A stretch of 64,000 nt of DNA from Promethearchaeota archaeon (GTDB taxonomy: Archaea; Asgardarchaeota; Lokiarchaeia; Sigyniarchaeales; SOKP01): contig RDOA01000008.1 in the NCBI GenBank assembly GCA_011364925.1, forward strand, positions 1-64,000, in the 5' to 3' direction. Position numbers and translations under genes: made by a program. Under the pieces are notes generated by a model. The model was not told the DNA's origin and did no database searches. It was given only the letters and a program-made list of their open reading frames with translations. Below are positions 58,608 to 64,000 of this stretch, in pieces. Position 1 is the first letter of the stretch. Every line of letters begins with the position of its first letter.

Positions 58608-59180
58608 TTATAAATCAAGATTTTCAATAAGAACAATTTTTTCTTTTAGAAATTGGATTAGTTCTTGATTGTCTTGTGCTTCTAGCGGACCCCCACAGTC
58701 GGGACATCTAAAATTCAATTCAAAAGCCTGATCAAAATTAAATTTGTTACTAGAACTCGAGCATTCTTTACAGACAAAAAAATAGTTGCTTTCTTCAAAT
58801 TTTAATCTCTCTCTTAATTTTGTCTCCATTAATTTCCTTTTCTCCATTAATATTTCTTCAAACAAGTCAAATTCATGCCACCAATAATAAATAAACCATC
58901 CCGTAGATTTATCTCTAATTCTTCTAAATTGAGCGAGCTTGCTACTATATAGTTTGTAAAGCGTTTTTCGTACAGTATTAAGTTTCAAAAATTCCCCATC
59001 ATTATCTTCAAAGATTATATCAGGTTTTAAATTTTTAAGGCGATCTTTAATGTTTTCAGTGATACCCTCATCAGTTATATCCTCCTCTTCTGAATTTAAT
59101 AATTCAATTCCAACTTCAATAGCTATTTCGCCACCTATTATAAACAAAAAAGATCTTAATAGAGGGTTCATTTCTTTCAT
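58608..59180 (-). CDS. tfe: Transcription factor E (TFIIE-alpha)
   Basis: LNTVRKTLYKLY, RDKSTGWFIYYW, FRCPDCG. Confidence 0.95.
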   Translation of the reverse strand: MKEMNPLLRSFLFIIGGEIAIEVGIELLNSEEEDITDEGITENIKDRLKNLKPDIIFEDNDGEFLKLNTVRKTLYKLYSSKLAQFRRIRDKSTGWFIYYWWHEFDLFEEILMEKRKLMETKLRERLKFEESNYFFVCKECSSSSNKFNFDQAFELNFRCPDCGGPLEAQDNQELIQFLKEKIVLIENLDL

Positions 59181-59283
59181 AATTCTTTATCTTCCCATTC
59201 TTATCTATTCTTCTTACTATTAAAACTTACATTAAAATTAAATTTTTTTAAATTTAAAATACTAAAATTAATTTTCCTGACTC

Positions 59284-60066
59284 TTAAACTATAATTGAGT
59301 ACTGTTTTTCTATCACTTCACCATCAACATCAAGAGAACGAAACATTTTTCCTTTTCGCACAGCCATGATTCTTAATAAGGAAGAATTTTTGATGTTCTT
59401 AGGGATCTCAATCTCATTTATTTTATAATTATTAAATATTATAAGGGATTTCCAATTTTTAGGAATCTCAGAAATAAAATCAGGAACCGCTGAATCTAAC
59501 ACCATCTTTAGGTTAGTAGCAGTGGTGCTTAATGTACCACTGCAAAATTGAATTCTTTTGCTCAAATCATCATCTTCAACTTTTTTTTTCGATGGTTGGG
59601 GGATGCTCTTTTTCGTAGTTACCTTACAATTTGGATTAATACCAAAAGATAAGAGTAAGTAGCTGTTTTTTCTAAAAATATCTATCGCTTGTAATAATTG
59701 ATTCTTTTTTACCTTGTCAATAATGTCAGCTTTATAATTTTTCGTTTGACCTGTAGATTTTTTCAATTCCCATGTTAACCCAAGATGTGATATTGTTTCT
59801 TTTAAATCCTCACCTGATATCAACTTTCCTTTAATCTCAAATTCAAGTTCGGAACTAGAGATCGATTTACCTACTAGTTCTAAAATCAAATCTTCATATT
59901 CATGAGTTCCTTTAAGCGTGATTTTTCCACTGGTTTTAGAGATCTTTAGCGCGGGACCAATAAAATCTCCTTTTGAGTATCTATAGAAATGTCTATGAAT
60001 ACTCATATAGTTTTTCGGTGGATTCTCTAAAATGGGGTTCTTGATTAACTCACTTAAAAAATGCAT
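59284..60066 (-). CDS. Conserved hypothetical protein
   Basis: 260-aa ORF; HRHFYRYSKGDF.GP motif. Confidence 0.75.
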   Translation of the reverse strand: MHFLSELIKNPILENPPKNYMSIHRHFYRYSKGDFIGPALKISKTSGKITLKGTHEYEDLILELVGKSISSSELEFEIKGKLISGEDLKETISHLGLTWELKKSTGQTKNYKADIIDKVKKNQLLQAIDIFRKNSYLLLSFGINPNCKVTTKKSIPQPSKKKVEDDDLSKRIQFCSGTLSTTATNLKMVLDSAVPDFISEIPKNWKSLIIFNNYKINEIEIPKNIKNSSLLRIMAVRKGKMFRSLDVDGEVIEKQYSIIV

Positions 60067-60160
60067 CTTAACTCGTTAAATTATTTCTCTAATAATATAT
60101 ATCTAAACAATGATATTATAAATAGAACATAACTTTAAATTTTAATTTATGCATTAAGTA

Positions 60161-61057
60161 GTGAGCAAAATTAAAACAGAAGATTCTATTGTTTCGAGCA
60201 TCGTCAGCTATTTAGAGGATAATTTTAAAAATAATCTCGTTAGTGTGTTCGGTATTGGAAGCTATTTTGATAAATCACTTCCATTTGATTGGAAAATCAC
60301 TGATATTGATGTAATTGTCATAGTAAACTCCCTCGATACAATCCCGAAGCCTGAATGGACTGAAGTTCGATATGAAACTAAATTTATTAATAATTTCAAA
60401 GTCTGGTTGGGATACAATACACTTGAAGGGTTAAAAAATAAGGAAATTTTCAACAAAGAATCGTTTGCTAACTACGAATGGAGCCTTATAGACTTAAAGT
60501 GTCCAAAAAATTCTCAAATCTTATATGGTAAGGATATAAGAAGCCAGCTCCCAAAGGTCTCTGAATTAAAGTATAATTTTGATGATATTTTTGCGAGGAG
60601 CCTTTATCATCTAGATAAGAGTCTTAAGGAATTTAGTGGTTTAAGAGTATCGAATAAGGACATTTTAGCGTCTAAGAGAGAATTTACTAAGGCTGTGTTC
60701 AAATTCGGATTCTATCTATGTAAATATTTCGATAACGAGTACTACTTAACCTCAATTCTTGATATATCAAAACATATAGAAAATTTGCCTTTAGACAAGA
60801 TGGTGCGAAAAAAAATGCTATATTTTACGAAAGAGTCGGTTCTTTTTAGGAGAACAAATAAATTCTCTACAGATTTTAAAAATATTCAAAAAAACTATAC
60901 ATTTTTTATTATTTCTCTTCTTCGAAACGGAATCCTCCATCGACAATTAGAATATCAAGAACTAATTAGCTATCTTAAGGAATTACTCAATGGGTTGCCA
61001 TATCTCACAAGCTACATAAAAATTGCTAAAAAGATCTATAATTCCTCTAAAAATTAA
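60161..61057 (+). CDS. Nucleotidyltransferase (Pol-beta/MNT-like) domain protein
   Basis: GIGSYF...DIDVIVIV. Confidence 0.75.
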   Translation: MSKIKTEDSIVSSIVSYLEDNFKNNLVSVFGIGSYFDKSLPFDWKITDIDVIVIVNSLDTIPKPEWTEVRYETKFINNFKVWLGYNTLEGLKNKEIFNKESFANYEWSLIDLKCPKNSQILYGKDIRSQLPKVSELKYNFDDIFARSLYHLDKSLKEFSGLRVSNKDILASKREFTKAVFKFGFYLCKYFDNEYYLTSILDISKHIENLPLDKMVRKKMLYFTKESVLFRRTNKFSTDFKNIQKNYTFFIISLLRNGILHRQLEYQELISYLKELLNGLPYLTSYIKIAKKIYNSSKN

Positions 61058-61173
61058 AAAAGATAAATAACTATTTTCACTTATCCCAACAGATATAAAA
61101 TCAGATTAATAAACTTAAAAAAAAATAAAATATAAGATATTATTTAAACCACTAAAATAAGAAACGATGTTTA

Positions 61174-61401
61174 ATGTTATTTTTAAACTTCCAAATCGAT
61201 GGTTTTCAAGTTCCTTCAATGACTATTTGGGTCTTAGCATGGGTTTTTCTTGTTATTGGATTCTTTTCATTAGCAATATTAATCATTTATACAAAATATG
61301 GAAGAGAATTATCAATTAGGCTCTCAATTATCTCTATTATCATTTCAGCTATTTTATTAGGATTTGCGTTCCATTTCTTCCTCATCACATTTGGAATATA
61401 A
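61174..61401 (+). CDS. Small 2-TM membrane protein
   Basis: Hydrophobic ORF. Confidence 0.7.
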   Translation: MLFLNFQIDGFQVPSMTIWVLAWVFLVIGFFSLAILIIYTKYGRELSIRLSIISIIISAILLGFAFHFFLITFGI

Positions 61402-61587
61402 TTTTGAGTTTTTATCTGCTAAAATATAGTACCTATCTTCTCCAGTTCCGTGCGTGCTACTCTGTCGCTGGAGCTTTTCTTCACAAAAATTAATTAAAAT
61501 GATGATAAAAATTTATAAAAGAAGGATGAATTTTTCTCTTAATTTAATAATTTAATAAAATTCTATTCAATAAGAAGGAGAAGATAA

Positions 61588-62037
61588 ATGTTATTTCAGA
61601 TAATTAATATTGGTGATCCTTTATTTTTCGTTTTGTGGTTAATCTTAGCAACGGTGATAGTATTTCTCATTATGTACATTGCTGTTCTTGTGGTAGTTTC
61701 AAAAACTAAAGCGCGAGACAAGTGGTTTTTAATTCTGCTATTGGCCTTTATAGCTGTTTTAGTGCTTCCCATTATCGTAGGAGCAATTATGTGGGTCTTA
61801 AATTTATTAGGCGAAGGATTAGCAGCTTTGAGAAATGCCATTGAGCCAGGTGCAGGACATAACTATTTACAGCTTTTTGCACCGATTATATTCTTTCTTT
61901 TGCTATTAGCTTTAACTAAATTCTTGCTGGGCATTTCTTGGGAGCACGCATTGTGGGTATCGCTATTAACATTATTCATTTTGTATATTATTTACTCTCT
62001 AATTCCAGAATTGTATGGTTTTATCCAATTCGGATAA
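61588..62037 (+). CDS. 4-TM membrane protein
   Basis: Hydrophobic ORF; AGGAG RBS; T-tract after the stop. Confidence 0.78.
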   Translation: MLFQIINIGDPLFFVLWLILATVIVFLIMYIAVLVVVSKTKARDKWFLILLLAFIAVLVLPIIVGAIMWVLNLLGEGLAALRNAIEPGAGHNYLQLFAPIIFFLLLLALTKFLLGISWEHALWVSLLTLFILYIIYSLIPELYGFIQFG

Positions 62038-62123
62038 TATAGAGATTAAATTATACTTTTTTTTCTTTTTTTGAAAAAATGGTGTCTTGTAGTAAAATAA
62101 AAATTAAAATTTTAAAAAGAATA

Positions 62124-64000
62124 CTATATTTTTTCTTTCAATTTAAGTCTAGGAGCTAATCCAAGAGACATCATTTCTTGAAGTAAAAGCTTAAAGGCAT
62201 AAGAACATACAACCTTCGATATCACGGTCCCTTCTCCACATACTGGGCAATATCTCTTGTCTCTATTTCGATCGTACACTGCTAAAAGCCCACATTTTTC
62301 ACATACTAAAATAACCGTTCGATCTGACTCATCAAGTAGTCTTTCCTTTAATAACAGAGCCGACCCATGACCTACTAAACAATCTCTTTCCATTTCACCG
62401 AATCGTAAGCCCCCTTCTCTTGCTCTACCTTCTGTCGGTTGCCTTGTCAAAATCTGAACTGGTCCTCTCGCTCTTGCGTGCAGTTTATCCGCTACAAGAT
62501 GGTATAATTTCTGATAATAGATTGGAGCGCAATAAATTCCTGCTTCGTATTTTTTTCCAGTAATCCCGTTATACATTACTTCTCTGCCGTTAAATTCAAA
62601 ACCTGCTTCCACCAATTGGTCTTGAAGTTTTGTGATATCTTTCCACTCGAACGCAGTGGCATCGCCTAATTTACCAGTTGTACATGCTATTTTGCCACTG
62701 ATCCCTTCAAATAATTGACCCAAAGTCATTCTTGATGGCATGGCGTGGGGATTTACTATAATATCCGGAATTACTCCATTTGAAGTGAACGGCATGTCTT
62801 CTGCTGGTTGAACGAGACCAAGTACTCCCTTTTGGCCGTGTCGAGAAGAAAATTTGTCTCCTAACTCTGGAATTCTCAAATCTCTAACTTTAATTTTAAC
62901 TAATTTGTTCCCATCAACAGTTTCTGAAATGATCACAGTATCTACTATTCCTTTTTCGTTATGTCGCATATTCTTTGAAGTTTCGCGTCTATTCGGTTGC
63001 ATCAATTCAAATTCTTCGTAAGATTTAATGAACCGAGGCGGAGATGTTCGACCAATAAGTACATCACCTCCATTAACAGCGGTTTCAGGTTCAATAATAC
63101 CGTCTTCTTCAGATAATAACCTATACGATTCAGCAGATTTGAATCCTCTCACACCTCTCTCAGGAATCTCGAATTTATCCAATTCTCCTCCGGGATACTT
63201 TCTTTCTTCAGCATCATAAGTTCTAAAGAAGTGACTACGCGCTAATCCGCGTTCTATAGAAGCTTTGTTTATTATAATTGCATCTTCAATGTTATATCCT
63301 TCGTAACTCATCATTCCAATTACAAAATTTTGACCCGCTGGTCGCCGATTGATTCCAATTATCTCCATTGGACTTGTTTTCACTAAAGGCTGTTGAGGAT
63401 AATGGAGTGTGTGGCCACGAGTATCAAGCCTTAAATGCATATTTGCAGCAAACAGACCTAGTGCTTGCTTAACCATCCCTGCTTCATAAGTATTTCGGGG
63501 AGACTGATTGTGTTCTGGAAATGGAATAATCGAAGCACATATTCCAAGAATTGCTGCTGGAGATATTTCAAGATGAGTGTGTTCTGCAGTAATTTCCTCT
63601 TCAAACATAGCAATGAACGCGTTTTCTTCTTCTTCAGCATCCAGATATTCTATAACACCTTTTTGGATTAAATCTGACCAGTTATATTTACCTTGTTTAA
63701 GTTTCTCAATATCTTCATTTGTGATAAGGAGTTGTTGGTTTTTGATGATAAATAATGGTCTGGTCGCTCTTCCAGCATCACAATTTATTTGAATTTCTCT
63801 TGAATCGTGATAATAACCAATATTAACGTGTTGACCAATTTCACCTTTACGTCTCTTCTCTCGTAGCTGATTAGTGAAGGGATTGTATTTTTGATGAATT
63901 CCGACTAATTTACCATTAAGGAAGACATTTACTTTTTCTCCTCTTACGTTTTTCACTTCGTTAATAGGTATTACGCCCAGATCGATTAATATATTCTCGA
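62124..64000 (-). CDS. rpoB: DNA-directed RNA polymerase subunit B (Rpo2), 3' part; frame open to the window edge
   Basis: GDKFSSRHGQKG, GGLRFGEMERD, HNQSPR, C-terminal Zn finger. Confidence 0.97.
   Translation of the reverse strand, partial: ENILIDLGVIPINEVKNVRGEKVNVFLNGKLVGIHQKYNPFTNQLREKRRKGEIGQHVNIGYYHDSREIQINCDAGRATRPLFIIKNQQLLITNEDIEKLKQGKYNWSDLIQKGVIEYLDAEEEENAFIAMFEEEITAEHTHLEISPAAILGICASIIPFPEHNQSPRNTYEAGMVKQALGLFAANMHLRLDTRGHTLHYPQQPLVKTSPMEIIGINRRPAGQNFVIGMMSYEGYNIEDAIIINKASIERGLARSHFFRTYDAEERKYPGGELDKFEIPERGVRGFKSAESYRLLSEEDGIIEPETAVNGGDVLIGRTSPPRFIKSYEEFELMQPNRRETSKNMRHNEKGIVDTVIISETVDGNKLVKIKVRDLRIPELGDKFSSRHGQKGVLGLVQPAEDMPFTSNGVIPDIIVNPHAMPSRMTLGQLFEGISGKIACTTGKLGDATAFEWKDITKLQDQLVEAGFEFNGREVMYNGITGKKYEAGIYCAPIYYQKLYHLVADKLHARARGPVQILTRQPTEGRAREGGLRFGEMERDCLVGHGSALLLKERLLDESDRTVILVCEKCGLLAVYDRNRDKRYCPVCGEGTVISKVVCSYAFKLLLQEMMSLGLAPRLKLKEKI

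Noticed and set aside
461-63792. Numerous short ORFs antisense to or nested in long genes (e.g. 461..709, 4597..4827, 48362..48670, 57891..58259)
   Set aside because: Shadow frames of well-supported genes.
1-64000. tRNA, rRNA, transposase, integrase or RT genes
   Set aside because: None recognised by eye; a divergent enzyme among the hypothetical proteins cannot be excluded without profile searches.

Overview
AT-rich archaeal DNA, very likely a Lokiarchaeia (Asgard) chromosome segment. It carries archaeal information-processing genes (aIF-1A, TFE, MBF1, PAN, NAC, 3' part of rpoB) alongside five small GTPases, a longin-like protein and many TPR, LRR and Zn-ribbon proteins. The right ~45 kb is mostly ordinary housekeeping and metabolism. 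The left ~19 kb is the notable part: about 15 same-strand copies of an unannotated, G-rich, hairpin-rich non-coding element of up to ~260 nt punctuate the region into units of 1-2 genes, mostly TPR, LRR, membrane and Zn-finger proteins. The copies share a common 3' module (GACGAT-N6-10-TTCGARATTGA...GGGAGTGTGTTCCGGA, then a T-tract) and are variably truncated at the 5' end. They often start just after an upstream stop codon, fall into two subtypes and decay from left to right. The architecture resembles a cassette array, but the repeats do not fit attC or CRISPR, and no integrase, transposase or reverse transcriptase is visible in the window. A separate 45-bp direct repeat brackets a duplicated GTPase-roadblock gene. 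All calls were made by eye, without database searches.
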